Source: Octopus bimaculoides
Taxonomy: Eukaryota
Length of the DNA: 64,000 nucleotides
Reading direction: 5' to 3'
Assembly (NCBI RefSeq): GCF_001194135.2
Contig: NC_069003.1
Location: 37,200,061-37,264,060, forward strand
Positions 52,216 to 64,000 of the stretch are shown here, in pieces; positions within the stretch are counted from its first letter, which is position 1, and each line of letters starts with the position of its first letter. The notes beneath the pieces are model-generated. The model searched no databases. It saw only the letters and a list, made by a program, of their open reading frames with translations, and had not been told where the DNA came from. The position numbers and the translations under genes are program-made.

Positions 52216-55200
52216 CTGTTTAGAGAACCATGTAAGCAAAACCAATCACTGGTCAGCCTTTTGATTATCTAATCCCATTCTAGCGCCAACAAGCAATGCT
52301 AAACATTGACATTTACATGGACCAAACATCACACCTCCCCCACACCAAACAATGCTCCCTGAAAAAAATATTAATGTTGCTCTAAACTTGAAGATTCTTG
52401 TTGACAATGTTAGAAAAGTGGAATTACCATTTGCTCCATGAATATCTTTCTGTAAGTAGACTTATGAATGCCAGTGAAAGGAAGGGCTTGCAGCTGAGAA
52501 CTGAACCTGGGCCTCAAACTTTACTTAGCAGAAAAAATTTCTTCCACATAACAGGGGTTGACACATCAAGACTGTGGCAAACTCTTTTGTGTGCATCTAT
52601 ATATAGACACTACAGCAGCTAGAAATAGCAGCCAAATTTCCTTGAAATCAACCACCTACTATTTAATGGGATTTTTTTTTTTTTTTTTAATAATTAAAGA
52701 ACACATTTGATAAAATGTGGAATAACATCAGATAATGATGACAGATTGATCCTAGATAATAAAATTACATATGATATAATGGACCAAACTAAAATAAGGC
52801 CAGTGTGAAAGCCACAAAATATATGTCGGTCTTTGACGTTTCAGAAAACAGATATAACTTGTAACATATGTCAAATTGACATATCTCACCAAAAATCTGA
52901 TCAAATGGATTTTGATATTATCAAGAAAAGAAAAGACACTCACCTGAATTTTCATCATTTTCTCCATAAAATATTCAATGTTTCTAGCAACTGTTTCCAA
53001 TTTTTCAGTTTCTGTCCAGTTTGCATTTTGGCAAATTTGATCCATGTTTTTATCAAACTCTTGCAATTTTAATTTCAGTAAATCGAAATAAAATCGAATT
53101 TCTTCATTGTTTGAAGCTAAATCAAAATCAAGATAATTTTTGGCTCTTTGTTTAACAGGAAGAAAACGAATTTCATAGAGTTTGGAGAATGTTTTGAATT
53201 GGCAAATCTTTGCTGAATGAGCAGGTTTTTTCAAGTGTTTAAATAAAGTTTCTTTCTCATCAGAACTGTTATTTCCATTATTAGTAATATTGATCTTAAA
53301 AGGAGTGATCCATTGCTTTGAGGTAAATGAAACATTACAAATCGAGCAATACTTCTCACTTGGACTAACTAAAGGTAAGTTAATTGGGATCTCTAACGAT
53401 CTCAGCTCCTTCAATAATTTATTTCTATATCTCAGATAAGCATTTGTAATCACCTGAACAGCTTTTGTTTGTATCACAGAATCCTTCTTTTTATCTTTTT
53501 CGTCATCACTTATTAGAATTTCCACCATTTTTTCTGTTAATTGAGAGTCAATTTCAGAGACAACTGTGGGGCTTGTGTCAGCCATTTCAAGCCTCAACAT
53601 TGACAATTGCTTATCAGAAACAAACTGCAGTCCTAATGGTTTCCTATTTTTAAACATCCAATAATATCTAGAGATTTTATATTCTGCAGTCTGCATCAAA
53701 ACTTTTATAGTATCTTTAATAAGCCTACATGCTTCATCTTTGTTTATTGTAATCAGTCTGCATATATCTTTCACTCTTAATAAGGGATCCTCAACTAGAG
53801 TTGTAACATTTCCACATTTCATTAAAAATTCAAGGTCAGGTATTTTTTCAAAAGGATGCTCAGAAAAACAATGAATGTAACAAAGGCCCAAAATGAAAAC
53901 ACGCTTTGCAAGTTTCCTGGACTCTACATCTTTTCTTTGTAAACACTGAAAAATGTTGTCACTGAAAACCAAATTGACCATTTTGGCCACACGTTCCTCT
54001 AGAAATTTCAAATAGAGCCACATACGACTGGAATTTATAATGTCTTGAAGCTTTTCTGAAAATGCTGATTGAAGTGTATCCATAATATCAATTGAGGAAA
54101 TCTGAGAGGCAGGGAGAACAACTGATATTTTGCAGTGTCTCATTAGTAACATAAAACTTACTGTCATAAAGAATTCAATCCACAATAAGAGACAGTGCAA
54201 ATCTGGCAGAATACGTTTCCTCTTTTTTAGAAACAAAACACAAAATTTAGAAAATTGAATGACAGCTTCAAATGGTTGACGTTTTTCATAAAGAAAATAC
54301 AAAGAATCAAAGAAACGTTGGTAGATGCACATGTATTTGTTGTCAGAAGAAACCAAAGATGAGTTTACAATAGACACCTTTGGAAAGGATTCTTTTCCAA
54401 TTTGTTGGTGCATCTCTTGTATGAATTTGCTTAAATCATATCTAATATTTAGCCAGCTGAATAACACATTTACTTCAAAATAGAAATCTGAAGACTGTAC
54501 TTTTTCCGATAGAGTCATCCTTTGAAAAATCATTATATAATGTTTTCGAATACACATTTTTAAGGCAGTTATATTGTCTGGATGGAAGAAGTTTGACAAA
54601 TGGGTATCTTGATCTAAATTTGAAATCAGGGCTTTATAAAGATGAGTTGCAAAGAATTTAAACTCTTTAAAATCGTCTTGTAGCTTTATAGTGAGAAGCA
54701 TTTCACAGATAAGTATACGAATATCAAAATGAGGTAAAGTACTGGATTTATGAAGATGCATACATTTTTTCTCCTGAAAACGGCAGAAATCTCCATGTTG
54801 ACTTCCATAAAAATTTGCCAAATGACAACAACAAGTTTCTGAAGACTGGCATAATTCTTCAGATTCAAATGGACAGGGTGTACTTATGATGATGTGGATG
54901 ATTAGCTTGTGGTACAGCATGTGGAATAACTTCCGAATACAAGATTTGAGGTATTTATTCAGCCATGATTTGAATTTCTCAAAAGTAAAACTTGCATAAG
55001 ATATTCTATTACAAACATTGTATTCTATGAGAGATATGCAACACAATGGTTCTGTTGTGTGAGATTTCCACACAGAATCATCCTTGAAAGAGAGACCAAA
55101 ATATGGTAAATATGATTTTATCACAAGGTTTGAACTTGGCAGAGGACTTTTCATCAAATTTAGTAAATCAAAACTTTCCTTGATAACATTCCAAAACGAT

Positions 55201-58200
55201 TCCTTATAGAAATCATGAGGCTCAAGATCCATGAAGAATTGAACTGCTTCTAAACAACCTGCAAAAGAAATAAAACATAAATCAGTGAACAGAATTTTTT
55301 AAAATAAGTTGTTTTAGAATCTAATAAAGCAGGACAATCACAGCTGGCCAGTTTGATGGGCTTTTTTGGAAATCCAACCAAAGAGTTAACAGTTTTGTCT
55401 CAAGTCATTTGTGCTACACAGTACCAGTAGATATGACAACTATAACTGCCCAAGTCCACCTTGAGGTACAAAGATTCCATAGGTTAGCTCTCACATCAGT
55501 GATATACTTTGATCTTTGTTTCAAATAACAACATCAAATCTACAGTGTTTGTGTGTGTGGACGCGTGCACGAGCACTTTTAAAATAATCGAGAAAGGAAG
55601 GACAATGTGCCTGTTCTTTCTATGCCTTCCTTTGCTGACAGCATACAGACATCTAAATAAAGTTCCTAAAGATTCGTGTTGTGGGGAAGAGCAAAGGGAA
55701 AGCAATGCTGAATAATTTGCACGAATCTCTGTAAGAAACTCAACTGAAAATAGCCATGAAGTGGAGGAGGAGGAAGAGTGCAAGGGGTTCTACTCAACAG
55801 CTTACAGAGAGACAGATCCAAGCTAAATGCATTACCAATGAAGTTAAGCTTCTAGTAACAAACTCTAAGACACCTTTTTCCAACTCTTACTGGCAGTCAA
55901 TGGCACTGCTCATCTGAGATGGCAGGAAAAAGTGTATTGCAACGAGTATATTGGATTTACTAGAATTGTTGAATCCTCCCTTGTTCATGAAGTTCTACTT
56001 CTAGAAGTTATTTCCAACATAAGAATGTCACCTCATCAACGAAATCAATGAGGAACAACTGAACATTATTAGAACAATCTTGCCAGGCAAAGCTTCATCC
56101 TTTTTCCCTCTTAGAAGCAACAGTTCAATTTGTGACCATGAAACTGACTACTTCAGGCTGTAAGTAATAATGGCTGAGTGATTAAAGTACGGGACTACCA
56201 GCAAAGAGATCCAAGTCCAAATTCAAGCAATCATTTTGTTGTATACTTGCAAAATAGACTTACTTCTCTACACAATGATTCCTTGTCAAACGAGAGAGAG
56301 AGCTGTCTCACCCTGAGGTCAGTTGAAGTCTCATCCACAACAGGGACTGTTGTGGTTTCTCATCTGGTAATCACCACAAACGACCTTCAAAATAAACAAC
56401 CTCACCATTTAACAAACTTCAAAATGTCTTTTTTACTGATTCTTTAGACACTGAACCTTTCATTTACCAACCCATCTGCATATTAGCATTAGTTGGATGG
56501 TTCAACATGATCCAATGGACTCTTAGAGGACTGTGTTAGGCTCCATTGTCTGCATTGACACAGTTTCTATGGCTGGATGTCCTTCTTAATGCCAACCAGT
56601 TTACAGAATGTACTCAGTGCTTTTTCTCATGGCAAAGCACAAGTGGGGGTGGAGGAGAACAAGTAACTTGTGCGACTCCTTGAGAGAATGGAGGCATAGT
56701 ATTGAGAGAGGAGGCTTTGAGTCAAGTGTTGAGAGGCTAAAGTATGATAGAGAGGACACGGGCACAGCTGTGCGGCTGTATGAGGGGGGGGGCGCTGAAA
56801 AGCTCCTTTTGAGTTATTTTGCAGGGCTTAGAAAAACTGAAGGGTAGCTGCAATAAGTGTGTGTGAATCTGAGAGGGGAATATGTTGAATAAAATCATAA
56901 TTAACAGATCCTCCTGTATTTTCTTTTACCGAAAGTCAGGAAGTTTTCAGCCTCACCCCGTCAAAGAAGAATAACATGGCTACTTCCGCAGGAAAGAGAG
57001 AAAAGATGATGGAGATGAGATATCAGGATGTACCCTCAAGGGACAAAAAGATGGACAAAGAGAAAATAAGGACTAAGAATGAAAATGTGGAATTATTTCA
57101 AGCAAAATGAAAAATGCCTCTTACCAATTGGAACCTTCACTAATTTGAACAGCTTGAAGGCCTCCACTGCATCAATGGTGCATTTGGTGTTAGTTTCATT
57201 CAGTTTAGCAAGTAACAGGTGGCATTTACCCAGACCAAAATTGTTGCCTTCTTTCTTATAAAGCAGCAGAGCATTCCTCAAATCTTCTTCGACGTTTCTT
57301 GAGATATCAATGTCAATGTCACCATTATCCCCACCCTCAGCAGCAGCAGGGGATGGCATCGGTGTGGACACACGCATTGACTTTAGTTTTGCCACAACAT
57401 ACCTGTGTCCAGCTTGTTTATAGAGGCAGTCAGCATACAGGTTGTTGTTATTAAGGGTGGCTGCCACTGCTACACTCTCAGAGAACAAGTTGTTCTGCCA
57501 AAGTAATTCCATTGAAGACTGAACTTGGCCTATTGAGAAAATAAATTTAAATAAATGAACAAATAAAAATTCTTATGTATGACTTTAGCTGTGACTGTGG
57601 AAGCAAACAAAAGGTTTAGAAATTTAGTTAATTAGTTAAGTCAATTAACTGTCACATATGCTTATTGGTGGAGAGGCACAAACAGCATTGTGATAGAGGT
57701 GACCACTAAGATATTGTGGGTCAATAAAAAGTTAATGGTATTTTGGAATTGATCAGCAGAGCTATACAGCCATCAACATCATCATTTAATGTCCACTCAT
57801 CCATGCTTGCATGGGTCAGACGGAATTTATTGAGGCAGATTTTCTGCAATCCGATACCCTTCCTATCACCAACCCTCACCTGTTTCCAAGAAAGGTAAAT
57901 ACATGCCCTTGTGACCAGATGTCTTCCATGGAAGACTGGAAACAAGCAACTCCTTCTTTTCTTCTCTCACTCTCATCCTCTTTTACTCTCAGCCCCGGAG
58001 TTAAATGACTATCAAATTTAAGATACCCAAATTACATCAAAACAGCATCCCTAGAATTTTATAAGGAGTTCAGGACCTGAAGTAAGACAAACATCAACAA
58101 ATAAAAGAAGCTGGTTTATAATCTATGTAGAAATGCTAATCCATACCATTATTTCTGAGCAGTTCAGCAGCATCTTTGAAGAGTCTCTTCTTCTCCAGGA

Positions 58201-59583
58201 AATTCAGTTGATCTTCCAATGTGGTGAAATGAAGCAAGGCAGCCTTCATTTTCTCAAAATCCTTACGTTGGCAGTAAAGATTTGCAGCTTGCTGAGCAAG
58301 GTAGCATATATCTTTTGTTGGACAATTCTCTATGAACCCCTCAGGTGCAGAATCACCATATGACTTGAAAGAAAAGCATACAAAAACATACGAAATATAT
58401 GTGTACATAAATAGAGAGATAGATAGACAGCTTAGTGACAGGATTCATTAGCACCAGGCCAAGTCTTGCCAGTAGAGGTAATAGCTTTCTGAACTTTCTC
58501 CAACATGTTCTTATTCTAACTATTACCCTTTCAAAGCTAATCACATCACAGAGGTAACAAAAGCTATCAATCATTTCTAGTGAACCATCTGGGCATTTGA
58601 AAGGATCTATTTCTCTAACACTCTTACTGCTCATTTCCCTTGTGCATCTGCTGGATACGAAATCTACCTTCTCTCCCTTAACCTGCCTGTAACCCCAACA
58701 TGACCTTGTGTCGTTCATTGTTGAAACACTTTATGGAATTTCTACTGACTCTTTTTCTGCATACAGAGTACAGCTTTATCCCTGATGCTATAACAGTCCT
58801 GTCTTCTTGGCTAATTATTACAACTTTTTATTTCATTAAGTACACTTTAACCCTTTAATATTCACATTACTCTGTGAAATGTAATCCTTATTATTGTTTT
58901 GAATTAATCATGTACCTTTCAGATTTCAATGGTGTGTTTGTATACTTTTAGAATGACATTGTAGGCTGAATTGAATGCTAAAAATTTAGGGTCCCTCAAT
59001 TCTGGGTTTTACTTCCATGCCTGGAATTTCTACTTCAATTTTTCTTACAGATTTTACTATAAGAGCTCAGCCATCAGCATAGAGGAGGAGCGTCCAAGAC
59101 AACTGGTCTTAAAATGCATCTGTTATGGCTTGCAGGACCACAATAAACAATCTCTACCTCATGACTTCTACCTGTACACTACATTTATCACTGAACTCAT
59201 TGCTGGCTTTTTATGAGTCATTCATCTACTCTTGGTTTCCTTAGAGACCATCAGATTACACTATGAGGGATTTTGTCAAAAATTGCCTCTACATCAATAA
59301 ATAAGAGATCATAAAGGTTTAATCTCAGATATGCGCTTCTTTCATAGCTGTCTCACTAGAAATATGGCATTAGTGGTACCACTTTCTAGAACAAAGCCCA
59401 ACTGCACCCCATCCAAGAAAATACTATCCCTAATCAGTTTTGCAATAATATTTCTCTGTAACCTTCATGACCTGGTTCAACATTTTGATATCTTCTGTAG
59501 TTTCCTCTCTCTTGCCCTTCTAGCAGTTTACAATGATACCACAGCACCAGCCATTGTGAATGAAACATTATATATATACATAC

Positions 59584-59619
<36 letters not shown>

Positions 59620-62600
59620 TTGTATAGAAAGAAATTCTTCTTTCTAAGGATGTCTTACATCACAAGGGTCCACTGGTTTATCTCTATATCGATTAATTTA
59701 CAGATGTTTTCATCCATTCAATATATGAGAACAAAATTTTAGTAATATGATGTAAAAAGATTTTTATCTTCTAAATTCATAATGTAATTTTTAATTATAA
59801 AATATGAATGAAAGTAGATATTGCAACGTATGTAGACATTATGAAATTGACTATTATGTAAATAAACCAGTCGTGCTGTGTTCAAACTCCATTTTCTTTA
59901 TATTATATACATCCATCTGTTTCTGAAGATTTCACCTAAAGTCATTTTAGTTCACAGTTCAATGTTTGTGTAAAAAAAAATGTAAATTTATTTTAAAATT
60001 TATACAAACACAAAGACACACACTGAATATTAAAAATAAATTATATAATCAACCTGTTGAAGACTTTTGTATTCTTGAATTAATTCAATGGCATGATTAT
60101 ACTGTTTGGCATCATGGAGGACATCAACTGCTTTACCATATAAGGAGATCTTTAGGTAACACTGCACAGCTTCCTCGTACATCTTTGCATTCTTAAAATT
60201 CACTGCAGCTTCCTTGTACTAATGATCAATTTTTTAAGAAAAAGAAAAAATGAAAATTCAAAACAGAAAAGCCATTTTGCAAGAGGGGGGATCAGTCAAC
60301 TACATCAACCAGACCCATCCCAAGTGTATGTGTGTGGGTGAGAGAGAGGAAATACAAATGTACTAATACATGCCTTGCAACATTTTCGATAAAGACGGGC
60401 AGAAAGTTCATATTTGCCCCCTTCAGATAAACACCATGCTGATCTGATACACATGTTACAATCAAAGAAATACTTGGAAGCAATGAGGAAGTGCTTCCAC
60501 TTCTTGGCAGTTGAGTCTTGCATTTGAGCCTGTTGAACATACAGGAATGCTGTTGCCACCTTTTCTTCATTCTTGTGACCACTTTTCTGGAAACATTTTA
60601 TAGCAATTTCAAAATGTTTTCGCTCAATGAAAGACATTCCTTTCATAAACCATTCTTCTGGTGTTGAGCTTCTGGCAAATTCAGTATTGTCAGGGTCTAA
60701 AGATAGGAGAAAAAAACACACACATGTATAAAAACAAAAACAACACTCGTAGCATAATGGGGGTCTGTAATTAGTGGCTGTAATCTAGCGGATCTGATTG
60801 TTTTTGAATGTTAAATGGTGGTAGATTGCAAAATCAGTAGAGCTCTGTAGAAGATGCCTTGTGATATCTGATTACATCTATGTATGTTCTGACATCAGGA
60901 CCTATACGAAGACAGCTTTGTTTTCCATTCCAATCAATGAAGCTGATTAAATTTATTAAATTCCTTCCTTATAAATTTAAGACATTGTATCTAATTGTAA
61001 TGGTGAGGTTGAAGCGAATCCTATTCATGAAGGAAGTCTCGTTTTCACTAGTACACACTGATAATCTGTGGCCCATGAAGGGGGATAGTTGCAGATGGAG
61101 AGAAGCAGGGAGGAGTCAGTTTTTCCCACAATTGTTGCTAAGGTGTCAAGATCTTTCACAATGATCCTTAACAAACAAGTGCAGGGATACAGCCAGATAG
61201 TTTCACAGTGACCCTTAATAAACACATAGGCACACCAGTGATACTTTCATACCAATTTATTCATATATATATATATATCCTACACACACACACACACACA
61301 CACACACAACTATCCATGTACAAATTTGTTCTGACATACACATCCATATATATACTGTAGTTTTTTTACACACTCATCAAGTTATTTATACATAACTTTA
61401 CTCATCTTACACATCCTTCACATGTCTACCAAAACATAACTCCAAACATCCACACACACACACATTTCAACATTCCTTCGTCTGATGTGATCATATAACT
61501 GAATGTAATTAAAGATCCACTCCAAAACAACTTCACACACCCAATGTTATCACCTCTACAAACATTTTAAGCCATCTGATGGAAAACTGCATACCTTCAC
61601 TAGAAGTATCAACAAATGCAACCAAACGCAGAACCTGAAAATACTCAAAAACTGGAGTTCGTTTTTCATTGGATGTATCAAAAATCCAAATGTTATGTTT
61701 TGCCCTTGTAAGTGCTGTGTATAAATACTTTAATTCAGAGTTTAGAACCTTGTGCTTGTTTGGGTCAAAGGTTAAAGGATGAGGATGGTTCTGGGAATCA
61801 AGAACATCTGCAAAGAAAAAACAAAACAAAACATTAGTTATTTTTATTGTCCAGTATACCTGTTGTGTGGCATGTCTTTCTAATTGTTTAAATTTCATGT
61901 CATACTATTTGGGAGAAGCTTGTTTGTCTAATATTTCACATTGAAGTTCTTCTATCTTGTTCTTACTCAAATGTATATTACCAATTCATTTACAATGTGT
62001 TTTATGGAATATTCACTACAGTCAATTTGAACCCATGACTCTTGGATTGTTAATCTAATATTTCATACATTTCAGTCATTCTTTCCCCTCTAAACATTGG
62101 TGCTACCATTAAGCTGCAACAATTTGGAAAGTGGGAAATTTCCGGACATTTAGACTTCCTCAACAGCTTTCACAAATTGATAAAAGAAAAAAAAAAAACA
62201 TAATTTAATGTGAACATATTTAATATGAGGTGGGGCTGGAATTTAACTAGGATTAATAATAAATATATAACTTGATCTGATAGATAACAGCAATAAATCA
62301 CCAAGAAAAGAGAAGTTACATTGAATAATGTAGTCTAAGATACACAATGCCTAAGGAAAAAAGGGTATAATTATGGCTGAAATGTCATTGATCTATTAGA
62401 TGAAGACTGATTCAAAGCTAAACAACAACAAAGAATGTGATTCACCTAAGTTTAATTCAGTTGATCTTTGACCATTTCCTTCGCTCTCATTATTGGTTTC
62501 TGCAATTAATTCCTGCAAATAGCTTGTTATTATTCGCCATTCATCAGTCACCTGCAATTGATAATTTACTAGAAATGACTGATGCATAAAATATAGTAAA

Positions 62601-62877
62601 AGAGATTTTTCTTGTAACATCATCTGGTTCTTTTATTTGATATCAAACACATCTACACATCCATTCAGCCTGGCACTCCATCTTTGTCTTCTTTCATCTC
62701 CTTCCAGCCACCCTTGGATCTCCTCTGTAGCAAGATACCTGTGCTTGTCTTCTTATACTTTAGCCTTTCAACACCTGGTATAAAGTCACTCCCAACCCCA
62801 CCTACAAGATGGAACTTTTCCTTTCCCCATTTTTTTCAGCTCAATAGACCCGGTGGCATGAAAAAACCACCACCAGC

Positions 62878-62914
<37 letters not shown>

Positions 62915-63937
62915 ACAATAATCAACAGGGTTGCAGAACTACTAAAATACAATTTTTTCCCCCCCATGTTGTGTATGATGTGTGATGAAGAAATGAAATT
63001 TAATAAAGCAATTTGAAGTATGTGAAGAATGTGTGGCCTTCATGAGAGGCTGGAAGGGAAATTATATTAACATAAAAATGAAACTGTACCAGAGAATCCT
63101 TGAAGAAGTTGTACAAAAGGATATCATTGAATTCTAAGCCTTTTGATTCAGCAATTGTGAGAACAATTCCAGATGAAAGAAAACTGGGTAATTCCTGTTT
63201 TGCTTGATTATTTGCCACAAGAATAGCCTGAAATAGAAGAGACAAAAACATGAGAGAAAAGGCAGAGAACAAAATGAGAGAGTAAGAAAAAGTAACAACA
63301 CCAAAAATAAACAAAACTATCAATAGTAACAATACAAAAACAACAACATAAGCTTAGCTATATTCTTACCTTGCAACAAAGTGGAAGCCAGAAGGATTCA
63401 ATGAAGATCAAATAAGACAAAAGAAACTATTATGGATCTTTACATTATGATTTGTCTGAGAAAATTCAGAGAATCTGAAATACATGAGAATTGGATTCTA
63501 AAAGTAGCACTACACTTTGTAGATTCCTTGCCAAAGGTAAATCCATCCAAGAATTATGGGAACATAACAACTACATTGATAACATTCCATTTCTGACGAA
63601 TATAAAGTTGCCAATATATATTGGTAAATGACTACAGAAATACTTTATTTTTGATCCATGCCTATGACAAAATGAACTTACCAATATTTAGATACCTCAC
63701 TCATTGATTCATCACAATAAAAATCTGTAAATGTACAACCATCCAGATATCTGAGTACCTTATTATTTTTTCATACATACCTGCTGGGCTCCAAATTCAA
63801 TCAGATCTGTTGTCTGTTTGTCTCCTCCCAATAACATAGCCAAGTCCTCATTATTACAGAACTCAAAGATTTTGGGTTTTGGGCCCTCATATGTTCCAAT
63901 ATCTTTCTCGGTTTTATCAAAAGATTCTGGGAAATAT
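52150..63937 (-). CDS. TRANK1: TRANK1/LBA1-like TPR- and ankyrin-repeat protein with UvrD-like SF1 helicase; 5' part lies beyond the window. complement(join(52150..52215,52944..55258,57125..57529,58147..58363,60054..60218,60374..60696,61595..61807,62446..62551,63090..63227,63781..63937))
   Basis: Phase-consistent exon chain of about 1367 codons. YFPESFD...GPKP...IEFGAQQ|AILVAN...VLTIAESKGLEFNDILLYNFFKDS and ELKYLYTALTRAKHNIWIFD match my recollection of human TRANK1 (YFPESFDRLPRD..., IEFGAHQVILVAN, VLTIYEAKGLEFDDVLLYNFF, ELKLLYTAITRAR). TPR-like helices follow. Confidence 0.88.
52944..55258 (-). CDS. TRANK1: TRANK1-like giant exon (2315 nt, 771 codons) with IQ-like segment and split C2H2 finger
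   Basis: Acceptor ttcttttgcag; uninterrupted frame; donor CAG|GTGAGT at 52943. Confidence 0.9.
57125..57529 (-). CDS. TRANK1: TRANK1-like exon (GQVQSSMELLWQNN...FKLFKLVKVPI)
   Basis: Acceptor tttctcaatag, donor TG|GTAAGA; phase 1/1. Confidence 0.88.
58147..58363 (-). CDS. TRANK1: TRANK1-like exon (SYGDSAPEGF...FKDAAELLRNN)
   Basis: Acceptor ttttctttcaag, donor TG|GTATGG; phase 0/1. Confidence 0.88.
58440..59490 (-). mobile_element. Degenerate RTE LINE ORF2 fragment in a TRANK1 intron
   Basis: In order: QLGFVLESGTTNAIFLVRQL; LFIVVLQAITDAF..LLYAD; KFQAWK; CRKRVSRNSIKC; GSLEMIDSFCYLCDVIS; RIRTCWRKFRKLLPLL. These are RTE RT motifs with stops and frameshifts. Confidence 0.8.
58847..58988. mobile_element. 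piggyBac-type MITE nested in an RTE LINE remnant
   Basis: TTAA-CCCTTTAATATT left end, degenerate AATGCTAAAAATTTA right end; interrupts the RTE coding sequence. Confidence 0.65.
60054..60218 (-). CDS. TRANK1: TRANK1-like exon, TPR-like (YKEAAVNFKNAKMYEEAVQCYLKISLYGKAVDVLHDAKQYNHAIELIQEYKSLQQ)
   Basis: Acceptor tcattag, donor CAG|GTTGAT; 55 codons; not in the ORF track. Confidence 0.88.
60374..60696 (-). CDS. TRANK1: TRANK1-like exon, TPR-like (SSTPEEWFMKGMSFIERKHFEIAIKCFQKSG...)
   Basis: Acceptor ctatctttag; probable non-canonical donor AAG|GCATGT; phase 1/0. Confidence 0.88.
61595..61807 (-). CDS. TRANK1: TRANK1-like exon with helicase motif VI (ELKYLYTALTRAK)
   Basis: Acceptor ttttctttgcag, donor AG|GTATGC; phase 1/1. 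Confidence 0.93.
62446..62551 (-). CDS. TRANK1: TRANK1-like exon (VTDEWRIITSYLQELIAETNNESEGNGQRSTELNL)
   Basis: Acceptor attgcag, donor AG|GTGAAT; phase 0/1. Confidence 0.85.
63090..63227 (-). CDS. TRANK1: TRANK1-like exon with helicase motif V (TIAESKGLEF)
   Basis: Acceptor tatttcag, donor CTG|GTACAG; 46 codons, phase 0/0. Confidence 0.92.
63781..63937 (-). CDS. TRANK1: TRANK1-like exon (YFPESFDKTEKDIGTYEGPKPKIF...LIEFGAQQ)
   Basis: Acceptor cttcttgcag, donor CAG|GTATGT; not in the ORF track; found by manual translation. Confidence 0.9.
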
Positions 63938-64000
63938 CTGCAAGAAGGATATCAAACAGTGATATGACATTGTGAGAGGTAAAAATAGTGTAAAGGGAAG

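Noticed and set aside
52752-52943. ORF-track extension of the 826-aa ORF to the stop at 52752
   Set aside because: A perfect donor CAG|GTGAGT at 52943 and intron-like translation (VSVFSFLD...) suggest this part is intronic.
58971-59216. Plus-strand ORF with apparent acceptor tttcttacag at 59050
   Set aside because: It is the antisense of the RTE reverse-transcriptase remnant.

Overview
This is eukaryotic genomic DNA: AT-rich, dense in microsatellites, with 12 N-gaps. It is most likely an Octopus draft scaffold, inferred from the SINE and microsatellite landscape. Two spliced protein-coding genes can be reconstructed by hand, arranged tail-to-tail. (1) A complete 12-exon DEK gene on the + strand (ATG 27245, stop 45587, 408 aa) with SAP and DEK_C domains and a CCAAT/YY1/E2F-type promoter. 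(2) The 3' part (10 exons, about 1367 codons) of a TRANK1/LBA1-like gene on the - strand (63937 down to about 52150), encoding UvrD-like SF1 helicase motifs, TPR-like repeats and a split C2H2 finger; it includes a 2.3-kb exon and a probable GC-AG intron. The rest is tRNA-derived modular SINEs, a TTAA-flanked piggyBac-type MITE family, decayed RTE and CR1-type LINE fragments, and simple repeats. Nearly all supplied six-frame ORFs are artefacts of microsatellites, gaps or repeats. No prokaryote-type system, CRISPR array, rRNA or intact tRNA is present. The most notable observations are: CpG-decay domains read from SINE copies that point to an unannotated minus-strand gene in 1-9.4 kb; a ~430-nt SINE inverted repeat upstream of DEK; DEK promoter logic matching the human gene; and the TRANK1-like helicase itself.
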